A stretch of DNA of 64,000 nucleotides from Antedon mediterranea (lineage: Eukaryota; Animalia; Echinodermata). The stretch lies in the NCBI RefSeq assembly GCF_964355755.1, contig NC_092672.1, positions 21,961,237 through 22,025,236 on the forward strand, given 5' to 3'. Position numbers and translations under genes: made by a program. Below the pieces are notes generated by a model that saw nothing but the letters and a program-made list of their open reading frames with translations, searched no databases and was not told where the DNA came from. Below, piece after piece: positions 34,543-47,845 of this stretch; the stretch's first letter is position 1, and each line of letters begins with the position of its first letter.

Positions 34543-35841
34543 ATGTGACTTATCTCCAACTTTCCATACAGAAAATCTTACGATTACAAAATTGATGACC
34601 GGATGAGCACCGACTGATTACATTTCCATCTGATAATTAAGACACTGTCTAAAAGTTAAAACATTGAAGTATAGATAAGTAAACAAAGATTTTGGTTAAG
34701 TTTAATTTAGTAGTCAAACCATTATTTATCCAACGAGAGTTGGCGGACAAACAAACATAACTCGAATCCTAGATTTCCAACTTTCAAAACATAACAAATA
34801 TTCTAGTGGTTAAACTGTTGTTATGTTAGTGGTAATGTATTACATTATTGTTAATGCTATATTAGTGGTTAATTTTTGTTATAAATGTGTCATTTTAACA
34901 GAACAAATACCCAGAGATACATTATAGCATTTATGTTATAAGAGTTCAGTTAATAGTCCTATTTTGATATTTGTGTCTTTTTTGTTTTCATTAATTCTAA
35001 AAGCAAGTAATATAATTTAAAATACAAATTGCAGAGTTGTAAAATAAATGTTTCAAACATGCAGTTGCAAATAAAAAAAAGGAAAATTACTAAAAAATAA
35101 TGACAATGCTGTGGGTGGCTAGATCTCAATGGAAATAAAATAAGCAAAAAGCTAAATCAAAAGTAAGTAAAAGTTAAAACAGCCAGACATTTTAATATAG
35201 ATATCTTCTCTATTGTTTGTGTGTAAATGGACATTTATTTATGTTTTGTTAATATTTTTTAATTATATGTCAGTCACATATTTTCCATCCTCATGTTTGG
35301 TGTAGGACATTAAAACTGCATTCATTGTAATATTTTGTGAGCTTTCAAAGCCTGTTCTTTAATATCAGTTCAAACTTGAGAACAACAACCTGGTTGAATA
35401 TTCTAGCACTCTAATATTGTTCAATGTTTTTAATGTCTTGATTTGTGATGAAAGGAATGTTTGATAGTTGGTCTTAACAGTGGCAGATCCAGAGGGAGAA
35501 AGTAAAGTACTTTCAATTCATTAATTAAAACACATTTTTTTAGTGCCGTGCTAATTTAGTCTTTATTAGAGAATGCCATTGCTGTTGCTGTCGTCACACA
35601 AAATTATTGTTATGGGTGTTTAGCTAAGTGGTATGACACATGTTCTTTTGCTGCCTAGCTAGATAATTCTGAAGAATATTATCAGCCTAGACAAAGAGCG
35701 CACAGGGGAAATATTTGAACACTCTTTTACCCAAGCGATTCCTATACTGTAATTTGAAAACAGTCCTGATGGTCTCTCCAAAACATGGGAGAGTTTGTGT
35801 GTTTGAAAATTACTGAAAAGATGTTCAATTGCATTTTTTTA

Positions 35842-36036
35842 TTACTAAACCCTGCAACCAGTGCATCAGCAGAGCGAGAACATTTAGCTCTGGAGACTGT
35901 AAAAGATTATCTTTGAGGTACCATAATGGAAGATCGACTAAATGCATTGTTATTGATGTTTGTTCATCAGGACATTAAACTTAATTACGATGTCATTATT
36001 CTTAAGTATGTGAATATGTATCCCCGCTGGATGAAG
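35842..36036 (+). pseudogene. hAT transposase C-terminal dimerisation-domain relic
   Basis: PATSASAEREHLALETVKDYL*GTIMEDRLNALLLMFVHQDI matches the hATC pattern; candidate hAT end CAGTGGCAGATCC at 35478. Confidence 0.8.
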
Positions 36037-37199
36037 TATGTAGGCCTATTTTTATTTAGTAAATTTACAGCATTGTTATTACATGTTATTGTTAAGATAA
36101 TAAAATTAATAAGCAGTATAGAGATTCAGCCACTGATTACCACAGCATTGTCATTTTTTAGTAATTTTCCTTTTGACCTTTTTTATAAGATATAGGCCTA
36201 TAAGCCTAAAGCCCTAAAACGCGCTCTTTCACTATGTATTATTTAACATAACTATAGGGCAACATGTTAAATTTGAAGTCGCATCATATTTTTAAGGTAG
36301 TTTATAGTTAGGTAGTTTGTTCGGCCTGCTCATCACGAGACGGGAGTCGGCTGATTTGGCGTATGCCTGGAAGACACGACTTGTACTACTGATTGTATTT
36401 TATTTAGAAAGATATTTAAGACCTGTTGTGTGATGACAATGTGTTAAATTAGGTCTATAGACCCTCGTAGGGAAATGCGATCATCATCATGAATCATGGT
36501 GATAAGGATGGCGATGGCAGGTGCTTTGGTATTAGCGATCATGTGACATTGACAATGACCTGATCGCGTTCTAAAATTGAAACAGTTTATAATTTGTGAC
36601 ATGAAAGGCATGCAACGGTATCCATGGTTGACTGACTTCTGCGTCTCGCGTCGCCACTTCGAAAGCTCACTATTACCGTAGCGGAAGTACCTTTATCAGG
36701 GAATTCCCCCAGATTGTCGCATTGAACGTGTGTTTACCAGCGGAATAAGTAGACTACGATCTTTTTACCAATTGTTAACACTCTATGGGAGTGTCATTTC
36801 CGCGGCCAACTATAGGTGCCATTTATCATAAATTTTACGTGCGAGAATACAATTTCCAACCGTCTAGTGGTGTCATTTAACAAAATTTGCTTCACCTTAG
36901 GTCCCACCTGTGCCTCATGTAATTGGTGACTGGTTGCGTCCCCCTTTACTAGAAGGCTGGATCCGCCCTTGTTTATGATGAGCAACAATGCCTGTTTTCT
37001 GTGTGGTGGAATTAAAAAGAAATAAATATGATTGCAACTTCATTCTCCTTTACACACCTTGAAATTAAATTGCATAAATGAATTATTAAATATCAAAATG
37101 AATAATATTAAACATAATGTTAGTCCATCATGTACTTCATATTTCATATCATAAAATGCTACCAGGCACTAATAATAGAATTAGAAGCCAGGCATATAC

Positions 37200-39222
37200 G
37201 AGTGTTGACAAAGTGCGAGGCAGCGAGGCAAGCGAGGCATGCCAAATATTTGTGCGAAGCATCATGTTATCATTTCCAAAAGTGCGAGGCATGCGAGGCA
37301 TATAGTTTACAATTTCAAAAAGGTGCGAGGCATATCTTAACGTGCTATTATGCTATATTATAGGCCTATAATAATCAATCGATACAAGCGTATCTAAATA
37401 GATTCGTGTATACACTCATCATGTTATTTATTTTTATGTAACGATTGTTTTTTCATTCAAGTCATATCGTGTCAAATTTTACTTTTACAAAAGTGCCCAA
37501 ACTACGGTGAACGACAGTCTTCAACTTTCGATAAACAATAATTGTTATAGCGACACACTCATCAAATGATTGCAATGTTTGTTGGCATTTCGAGCGTGTT
37601 CACTCACATGTCTCTCGAACATAGCAGAGTGAAAATAATATTTTGTCACACCCCTGCGCCTAGATCCGGTAGACCCGAGAGATGGAAAATTCCTCTTTAC
37701 TATTTAGCAGGTAGCGGAATGATTCAGCCCTCAGCTCAGAGGATTGTGGTGCATTCCCCTACTATAGCACGTGGTTTCAGCAGCAACGCACAGACTTCTC
37801 TCTGAGCGGCGTGCCAAAGACATTTTTGACATTCCATTCTCTAGGAACAACACGTGTACCTCTCTCGCAAATAAGGTGAACAGCGATTGCCAGGACAAGT
37901 TCAATAACTGGCGGTGAATAAAAGGTAACTGATATGGCGATCCAATAACATGCCGCAAAGGAAAAAATTGCAACAGAATTCTGGAGCGCGTGTGAAAAAA
38001 GACTTATGTCCGACAATTGCAATACTAGGCCTAAAATTAAACTTTAGCTAATATGCTTAGCCCTAACCTAAATAAAAGGCCTATGTAGAAAATAATTTAA
38101 TCAATTTTGATATAATAATAATTGGTGTAATATTTAATAATGATACACTATTCCTGTTTTAGTAAGCTAGGTATATTACGAACGATTTTTATTTATTGTT
38201 GTCCATGTACGTACTAATAAACCTGGCGCTAGTTTCCTTCGCTTGTATTTTTACTCCAAATTTGATAACTAACTTTATCGTGTGAATACCACACCTTAGA
38301 AGTATACCTCATGAGTACTTTAATGAAAGAATCACATAAAAAGTGACAAATAAATCCTTAAATTAATGATTTTATATGCGTGTTTCTCGCACACTGTTCG
38401 CGAATTTCACTTATTCAATGTTCAATATTTTTGTTTCTATGGAGCGCCAAAAGAGCAACGATAATGGAGGACTAAAACTCAGTGGAATGCGTCAATTTCT
38501 CATGCATTTATTGGTGAAAAACACGTTTTATTTCAATATATTTGTTAATTTGTCAATAAAAATGCGGTAATATGTTACTGCTGATACTGTTCTGTTTTCA
38601 AAGAATAATAATCGATCCTAAATCAACATCGCTACCTAGTCCAGACCTAGGACATCCTACTAAGGATATTATGATGAATTTTTATATTTTATTCTTTAAA
38701 AGGTTAACGAAACCGTGTACATTATCAACAGTAACATTTTTCCTTACTGACAGTGACAAAATCTATTGAAATTGTACTTGATTTTCACCAAATAATGCGT
38801 TAAATATAAATGGATTCCACAGAGTTTTTAGCCCTCTAATTAATTTTGCTCTTTTGGCGTTCCATAGAAACCAAAATATTGAACATTGAGTGTGCGAAAT
38901 GCGAGAAAAACAACGTCTGTAAAATCACCAATTTAATGGATTTATTGTTACTTTTATGTGATTTACTACTAATTCTAAGCTGTGGTATTCAGGATAAAGT
39001 TGGTTAAAATACAAGGCAGGTGCAAAAGGAAACTAGCCTAGCGGGCCTAGGCCTAGGCTACTTCAATTTCGGTGATTTCCTGCCTTGCAATTTTGAGAAA
39101 TGATAAAATGATGCCTCGCATTTTTTGATGATGGTAAAACGATGCCTCGGATAAATTTCTGACTTGCCTCGCATGCCTTCCCTGCCTCGCGTGCCTCGCT
39201 GCCTCGCACTTTGTTACTACCC
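37200..39222. mobile_element. MULE-like non-autonomous element with GCGAGGCA subterminal repeats
   Basis: Inverted ends G.GT..T.ACAAAGTGCGAGGCAGCGAGGCA and perfect 9-bp TSD GGCATATAC (37191-37199, 39223-39231). Confidence 0.88.
38225..39038. mobile_element. Second, more degenerate copy of the Merlin-like foldback MITE
   Basis: GGCGCTAGTTTCC start and collinear similarity to 11875-12783 (TGTGAATACCACACCTTA, TTTCTATGGAGC.CCAAAAGAGCAA). Confidence 0.8.
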
Positions 39223-40799
39223 GGCATATACAGTAGGCACATTGGTGGGCTGGTTTGTCCTGTCACATCTGGACCGAATCGTCCTGAATTCAACTAGTTA
39301 TAGTAGCCTAGGCCTAGTAAGTAACGTAATGCTAAACCTAACCTAGTGTTAATTACATGCATTTTGGTGTTTAAAGCTTATTTTTGGCAAGATCGGCGTG
39401 CATGAGTTAGAAACATGAACCAACCATACTATCTCTCAATATTTGCTAGCGATGACCTCTATGTGATTTGATTGTGACGCAAGATTTATCGAATGCAGCA
39501 TTTGATAATTTGCAAAAAAATTGGTCTAAAAAAAACTACATTATTCGTAAAAATGTGCCGTTCTAACATCGCTTAATAAATAAAAGGAACTAAAAGGTGT
39601 CCCAGCTCAAACGGCGCTAGCGGTTTTATTATATTAGGAGAAGATAGAGTAAATAGGCTTAATTGGTTATTGATTAGGCCAAATAAAACCTCCTTTTTAA
39701 TAAACTTTTTTTTGTAAAGTTGCCCAAGAAATACCACTGAAAATTTTTTACTTTTATAAATTGCTAAATTGTGTGTGCGGCCAAATATTATTTGAAAGGT
39801 GTTAAAACCCATTTCTAGACTGGTATGGATATCGTGCATGAAACTACCCCTACAGCATCGCAAAGAAGAATATTAATTATGATTTTATATCATTAAGTAT
39901 GTCACGGCAACATTGCCAGTGGGTTTGGTGTGTTGTGGAGGGTGGACTCAAGACAAGAATAATATACATATAAAACACTATAATATTATATGTCCAGATT
40001 ATCTACAGGTGAATTATCTTCATGAGTCCATTTCCAATTTTACGTCAAAATACAGCACTCTTTGTTCATGTCACTCCCATATTTCCACTCCATCTTATCC
40101 ATAATTTCTTCGGTGATTTCTCTGATGTTTTCTAAGCTTAATCTTCTTAATTTGGCACTTCTCTATTCTCAAGTGGCACTGTAACACAGACAAATATTAC
40201 CATAGTATACAGTTCATTTACAGTACCCTATAACATTCATTAGACCAACAATCTATTTTATAAATATAACTATTCAACTTACAATGCAGCCTAAATCATT
40301 ACTCGTACGCAAATCCCAATTTCATTGTCTTATGGTGACAATGCTCACTCGCTCCCCGTTGTCTACAAAAAGACTGTATGCGCTACTCCGCAGTCTACAT
40401 AAAACATCGTTATTCAAATAATTTGCTCATTACCATAATTATAGAGATCACCTGTTGGATTATTATTATTTTGTGACAAAGTAGTCAAATTTTGAAAATC
40501 ATTTTTCACAGTTTAAACTTTTTAATCAAAAATACTATGTAGAAATTTTGTCATCAGTGACTTAACTATCAATACTGTGCAACTCCTTTTCATAACTTTC
40601 TCACTTGGGTTCACTTCCAGGATTCAACATTTTTTTAAATTACTACTTTTGTGAAATATGGTGAGGGACCTAAATGATTAATCTCTACAAAACATTGAGT
40701 AACTCTTTTAGAACAATTCTGTCCTTAACATTTTATAGTATGCAAATACAGGTTCCTGGCAAAGCAGCATAAAAGTGGACGTAGTTGTGCAAACATTAA

Positions 40800-41270
40800 G
40801 GAGGTTTCGCAACACGGTTATGTCACACAAAATTATCGGTTTTCATAAGCCAGTACAAATCTGTTTCGCATGGCAACAAAATATTGAGGGCGCCATCCAA
40901 AATATGACTGCTGTAAATTTGAATGAAATGCAGGTACATGTTTCAATGGTTGCCTATAGGCCTAGTGTAGCGAGAGAGGACTTTAAAAACTGCTATTTAT
41001 CAAAATTAACTTGGCATTTTTACTAAATTACTTTCAATAAATTATATATAATTATATTATAATCATGAATCATTTTTTATTCAATGCAAAGCGTGCAAAA
41101 TAGATAAAAAACTATGACTGATGATTTTAAGCTATACTCGTTTTTTAGTTACGAATATGACTGGTGATATTCGTCAACACAAATACGCTTTACGAATATC
41201 AGATCAAAGGTTTAACAAATGTATGACCTATCCGTTTTCGTTATCGTATTCGTAAGGTTGCGAAACCTCC
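40800..41270. mobile_element. PIF/Harbinger-like MITE
   Basis: Perfect 14-bp TIR GGAGGTTTCGCAAC / GTTGCGAAACCTCC; TAA on the left, TSD not clean on the right. Confidence 0.55.
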
Positions 41271-44200
41271 ATATTATTGGTGCCATCATATATCAACATC
41301 TTTATAGGCTATGTAGAATCTGTAGCAAAACTAGCATCGATATGGCTTTTAATCCAATACTATAAAATGAAAATAGAGAATATTTAATAATATTCTTAAT
41401 GAATCACAGGATCAAGTGTAAAATTGTATTCAGAGATTTATGGAAAATTATGGTTTCAATTAATGTTTACCCAATTTGTAATAATAACGCTATTAAACAA
41501 AATAGGGTGAAGTTTGAACAACTTAGTGTATAAGTCCTTTTTATACTGTATTCTAATTGATACTATTGTACCACGTCACAATGTTAGCAAACTCCCTGCT
41601 TTGTAGCCATACTACAGTTTTTTCATGAACATTTTCTGATTTTTGTAATACCAATATAAACATGGTCAATTTATTTCATCTAATAGAGATCAATGAAAAA
41701 ATTAAAATAAAGATCTAAAACAACAGATGATCACATTTGTTGATTTTAAATTGTCTGCTTTACGGCATATTTAACTGTCTACTGACTGCATATTTAAACA
41801 TTGATGATTGTTAGAATTCGAATTATTCTGCACTCAGATCTTTAAATCACTGGTGCTTAACTTGTACATATACTTTACAGTGGAAACAGGATGCTAATTT
41901 ATCAACTTATATTATCTCTAAAATACTTTGATAACAAGTAGTATATCAACACTGAAATATTATGAAGAGGGAAGCTTGAATCATTCCAAAATAAGGATAG
42001 GCTGCTGTGTAGTGTTCATATGACATGTTCAGTTTTGAAAATAGTAAATAATAAAACCTTACTTTCTGTCTATAATAGCATTACTCGTAATCATCATTAG
42101 CAAGTAAGGAGAAAAGAGGGACTTATACCTTCATTTTAAAATTAGTTTGTCATATATCTATATATATACAGCCATGAAAAATAGGAATACCAATACCCAA
42201 AAATACAAAAAGATGGGATTTGTAATTTAATGAATAGAGCACGCAAACAGACAGAAACCATTTTTGTTTTTGGTTATGCATTTTGTTTAATACAATTCAA
42301 TACCCACATTCTGGATTTCTGTAGTACATTTATCTTTTCAGTTCATATTTTATGCATACAAAATTGAGAACCACCAATTCATCACCATTTCCACTTACAT
42401 TAAAGCAATAATTAGTATTATAGTATTTTGTTATGATGAACTATTATAATTTTATTTAAAGCAATTTCAGATAAAAGCTATGCATAGAAATCTTTTGAAT
42501 TGCAATAAATAAACACATGACCTTTTTCTACGACAATTAAAAAAAGCATTATAGTGAACAAAAACTATGATTGTATTGTTTTTCTTGAAAAATCAGTAGA
42601 TCAGAAATATTTAAAAAACAATGATGAAAATGAAGTTGCAACAATTTGAATATCATTTATTAGTATAGGAATGTACAAAAGCCTTAAACTCATACTTACA
42701 GTGAGAGCTCACACATTTCATTTTACATACACATGCACTTGAAAATAAAAGTTACACAATGATGGCACATTATCATCAAAACAAATGTAAATGTACTTTA
42801 CATTAATTGTTTCTCCACTTAACTGTTTTCACATATTATCATTTATCATTTATATGGGACTGTTTTGTACTACAATTCTTTATGCTGTTATCAAAATGAC
42901 TTTATACTATACTGCAATATTTACATTAATCTTCTGTTCTGGTAAAGTAGACCCTATCATAGAGGCTTACACTATGTATATCAAGGTCTACTCACCCTAA
43001 TTTGGCCAACATTTTCGGCAGTTAGAAATGTATTGGCCACGAAATATTAATTACATTACTCAAAATTTGCGACACCTTAATTCTGTAGTATTTGTCCATA
43101 GTATTTCAAGAACGAATTCTGCTCATTATAATATTTTTAATTCATTTCCACGTCTGTTCATAACTTGCCTCCAAATGTTAAAGATAGTCTAGTTTTTTCC
43201 CTTTCTTCATTTATATATTCACTTATTTTAAACTGTTTTTCTGTATTTAAGTTTATTTAATTTTTACACTTTAGGGGGTCAGATAGTCACTTGATAGTGT
43301 TTTGTTTCACTTTTTGACGATCCCGTCTACCCCCTAAAGTGCTCTGTACCTTGTGATTTTTATTATTTATAAAACACGAAATAAATTAAATGCATAGATT
43401 ATAAATAATTACAATATTGTTTATCATGTGGATGGACGATTGTGTTTATAACACTTTGATTAACCCCACACCTCATAGGATACATACAGTACAAAACAAT
43501 TACGGCCTAGACTCTGCTTCTACAGATCATTTATTCAGACTATTCAGGCCACTGGTTCTTTCTAAGCATGCACAATACAATTGTGTCATCATCTCCAATG
43601 AATCCCTTGCTTACAAGTAATCAAAGTGGTGGTGAAGCAGGTTGATTTGACAGGTTTCCATGTTATTTCATTGCCCCTTGCTTAGTCTCAGTAATATTTA
43701 TTAGTACGTTAACACAACTTCTGTAACACAAGGCAAACTAGTGCTGGTCTATTGATACTAACACTAAGGAATCTTCTGACAGACTTATAGCTGGTTTATA
43801 TCCATTGTTAATCTAATTTATTTTAATTCTGAATTGTTTGACTTGGCATAACCATCTGGTATGCAAATAACCATCTGGTATGCAAACACAACAATCAAAG
43901 GCAGTGTCCTCATTATCACATTACCTCTACAAATTGTTGTACTTTATTATTAGGAATTTAAAAGAGAAATAAATGTTACCTTTGAGTTTGATTTTTAAAT
44001 TACAGTATAACAAAGTTTTCTGAGAATAAGAACATGATATTTGGTATGATAATTATCTATACTAGATGGTCGTGCCCACAGATGGTTCTCGAATACATAA
44101 TAATTTCAGCGTTAAAAAACTGGTGATTTCAAATGTACGTACAATAATACATGTCGTTTACAGGAACGAATAAATAGACACTGATTTATGTACTCAACTA

Positions 44201-46219
44201 AAATTAGCACCCTGAGAATTACAATTTTTAAATATATTAAATATATTCTTTCTCCATTTAGTAACGAAATATTAATTGTTTACATGTTTTACAAATAATA
44301 TATTACTAAACACAGTAAAACATTGCTTTGTAATACTTTGTTGAAACTATCACCATCCTAGTCGATTGAAATAGTACAGTACATGTAACGATACATCACT
44401 GCGACGTGTATGTTTATATAATGTAAAACAATTTGTGAAAACCACCTCTATTCGGGGAAAATCATAAAATCGATTTAATCGTCAAATAAAAATTAAATTA
44501 TCTAACTCAACTTTATTAGTAGGCCTAATGGTTTAAGTTGATCATTGACACTATTTTAACTAAAATAAATACCGGTAACTTAAATTTAAAGTTTAGTTAG
44601 CAAAGTTCAAAAGGATGAACTAAAACACCTAATAAAAACCATAAAAGAGGCTATATGAGGATGCTTGTTTTTCTTGTCTTATCATTATTGAATGAATGTT
44701 ATTGAATTGAATTCACAGCCTACATATACAATAATATACAATAATGACAAAATGTGATGTTTTAATTAAGTTTAACTAAAAATGGAAAACTACAATGTGT
44801 ATTCCATGCGTACTGTACACCCATTTTTTATTGTTGCAAAGTTTCAAAATGACGCAATGAACTTTACTCCGTCCATTTGATTGAATGTTAAATTGACCAA
44901 ATGTAAGTCCCGATAATGAACAGAACAGAGTATGCTCAGTATACTGTGCATAAGCATGCGCAGATTAATATGTTGTGTAGATTACCGTCCCCCTTCGTCT
45001 ACCGTCCTGTCATAATGTCACTAGTAGGTTTTATTGTAAATTAACAGCACACTACGTGCAACAGCTAATACAGTAGTACTAATCATTGTCAGTATTTTCA
45101 TTTTTGTTGTAAATGTATAGTTAACAGAGACCTCTTAGAATCAGGCTTCTGAGTCATGTCAGTCATACATTCTACTCATTCACCCTTTACCAAAAATTTG
45201 GGATTTTTAAAATGTCTTTCTTTCCATCATATATATTCATTTAGGACTGACAATTTCATTCTTATAGTTTCATTCTACTGTAAAACAATAATACTCTCAT
45301 TGTCATTACATTCAGCCTCTTACATTAACATTCAAATTAATTCAGAATAAACACATTTGGATGATGAAGCCTAAAAAAAAAAAAACCAGAATAACTAAAA
45401 GACAAATAAATTTTGATTTTTATATACATTACTTATACTACCTTTTATAGGTATAAAACATACAGTGCTAGTTAAAGGGGATTCTGGGTTTAAAATTGCT
45501 TTTAAATATCGTTTATTTATTAAATAACAAATATTATAACAATAGACATGTCAGAATGAAGAAGTAATAATGAGAAATTAAAAAAATTAATTTCATATAC
45601 ATTTTAGTTTAAAAAATTCATGCAAATTCTGTTTTTCAGCAGCTTAGGGAAGCTCATTAATATTCATGAGATATTCACAAAATCACGTCATCAGTGGATT
45701 CCAAACTTGCGACGTCATGTACGTTGTGTTTGTTGACTAATTTACATCTCTCTCCCTTGTCAAACGACGACCACCCGATCATTGTGAAATACATTTTTTG
45801 TAGATTTTCTAAGCTAGGCCTAAGTGTAATAACAGTAGCATATATTTATTTGACATTTAATGAAATACAAAATTTAGTACAGATCATGGAGTCATAAATT
45901 ATACTATTTTTATACCTCTATAGCAGGGAATAATTTCGCCAGTGTAGCATAGCAAAAAGCTATACAAAACAACCTTAGATTTGATTTGATTTGATTTATT
46001 TCGGCATCAGTACATAAAATATCACAGACATACAATTAAAATTGACAAATATAAAAATACCAATATAAAACAAGGATGCCAAGGATAACTCATAAAAGTC
46101 CTCTACGGACTTGTTTCCAATGAGGTCCTTTGAAAGAACAGCAAAAAAGACAAACAAAGCAACATAAAAAAATGACAAAAAACAGCAAAAAGGACAATCG
46201 AAAAAAGAAGAAGCGCTAA

Positions 46220-46539
46220 TTAAATAGTTTCTAGAGCTAGTGAACGTTCCTGTAGATACTTTTTAACTTTACTTTTAAAACAACAAACAGTTTGTGATTC
46301 CTTAATGTTAATTGGTAAATTATTCCATTCTTTAATAGCATTGTAAAAAAAGGTCACATGTGCCATTGGCTTGATAGTTGGGATTCTAAAATTAAAATTG
46401 CATCCCCTAGTATTGTAATTATGACTGTCTGAAATTCTAATAAAACGATTGCATAAACAAGGTGGACAACAATGATTATATATTTTAAAAACATGACAGA
46501 CTCTAAGAAATTCGACACGGTCTTGAACTTTTAACATAC
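46220..46539 (-). pseudogene. LINE ORF2 C-terminal segment
   Basis: MLKVQDRVEFLRVCHVFKI...HNYNTRG...FFYNAIKEWNNLP..IK; in frame with 52770-51336 once the Gypsy and one TSD copy are removed. Confidence 0.9.
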
Positions 46540-46840
46540 TGTAGAGGCAATTTGCATATGTGTTAGCAGGTGTAACGAACGGCATGCAAACCTTTTTATT
46601 CTTTGTCTCTCTCTCTCAACTACCGACCGTCGAACAAGCAGGACGTATTTATTTTACTTACCGTTGTATGTTAACACAAGGAACTTTGCGTATCCTGTAC
46701 ATGTACAGAAGAAACCATTATTATTGGAATATATTATGTGTATATAATTACGGAGCCAAGTATAAGAAGTTACTAATGATATTTGAACCCAATGCATGCT
46801 CTCACAACACAGTATAGTGGGTAAGTTGGATCTCACTAAA
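46540..46840 (+). repeat. 5' LTR (TG...AA)
   Basis: Differs from the 3' LTR by 2 substitutions and one CT unit, counted by eye. Confidence 0.96.
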
Positions 46841-46841
46841 G

Positions 46842-46859
46842 TGGTGACCCCGACGTGAT
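46842..46859 (+). promoter_or_regulatory. Primer binding site, tRNA-Trp
   Basis: TGGTGACCCCGACGTGAT, the 18-nt complement of the tRNA-Trp 3' end. Confidence 0.93.
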
Positions 46860-46991
46860 CTAACGAGAGTGCTTGGAATATTTAAATATTTTTTCTTCGT
46901 CGTTGTTGCAAGATTACTTTGAGTTGTCGTTGTTTGATACGTGAATGGAATTATGGCGAGACCTTCTCCGGGAAGAGCTACACCGATCAAA

Positions 46992-47804
46992 ATGGCCGCT
47001 AGAATGAATGAGGCACCACCTGTGGCGGCTGCTGTAAGTTTAAAATTGCCGCCATTTTGGCCGAATGACCCACTTATTTGGTTTGCGCAAGTGGAGGCTC
47101 AGTTTGTTACCAGAGGAATTACGGCTGAGGAAACAAAGTATTCGTATATAATTGCTTCTTTGCCGCCTAATATCGCACAGGAGGTTCGGGATTTATTGCT
47201 AAGCCCTCCATACCAGAGACCATATACCCATTTGAAATCGGAATTGGTTAAAAGGACATCCGTGTCGGAGCAAAAGCGTCTTCATCAGTTGTTAACAACG
47301 GAAGAATTAGGTGATCGCAAGCCTAGTCAGTTACTACGCAAGATGTACCAATTGCTGGGGGATCGTGATTTAGAGAAATCCATCCTGAAACAGTTGTTTG
47401 TGCAAAGATTGCCTACTAATGTTCAATTGATATTAGCGTCCACCCGTGAAGATATGGACCTTTCAGATCTGGCAGCGTTGGCCGATAAAATTTTGGAAGT
47501 TTCTCCACCACCACCTACTATTGCCACGACAATTAAGGATACGGGTGCACGCGCAACGTCAGACGAATTAAGAGAATTGAGAGCTGAGGTTAGTAAGTTG
47601 ACCAGCCTCGTTTCTTCCTTGGCGAAACAAGTCAGAGGCAGAAGCCGTAGTAAACAACGTGAAAGCCGAAAACGCTCGCCCTCTGCTACATCTAATGATG
47701 GTTTATGCTGGTATCATCATCGATATGGTAACAAGGCACATAAATGTAATTCACCATGCTCTTTTTCCTCACAGAAGGCGGGAAACGACCAAGCCAGCGA
47801 CTAG
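46992..47804 (+). CDS. gag: Gag, CsRn1 type
   Basis: [31 protein letters not shown] and [18 protein letters not shown] (CHCC) motifs. Confidence 0.94.
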   Translation: MAARMNEAPPVAAAVSLKLPPFWPNDPLIWFAQVEAQFVTRGITAEETKYSYIIASLPPNIAQEVRDLLLSPPYQRPYTHLKSELVKRTSVSEQKRLHQLLTTEELGDRKPSQLLRKMYQLLGDRDLEKSILKQLFVQRLPTNVQLILASTREDMDLSDLAALADKILEVSPPPPTIATTIKDTGARATSDELRELRAEVSKLTSLVSSLAKQVRGRSRSKQRESRKRSPSATSNDGLCWYHHRYGNKAHKCNSPCSFSSQKAGNDQASD

Positions 47805-47845
47805 AGACGGCGACAGCTGCTGGCGTTGGTGAAGGTAGTCGTCTA
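47780..47845 (+). promoter_or_regulatory. -1 ribosomal frameshift signal
   Basis: Slippery heptamer G GGA AAC in Gag phase (47780-47786) in the gag/pol overlap, followed by stem CCAAGCCAGC / GCTGGCGTTGG. Confidence 0.85.

Noticed and set aside
42955-42976. CATAG...CTATG as a fifth P footprint
   Set aside because: No flanking 7-bp duplication and the arms pair poorly.
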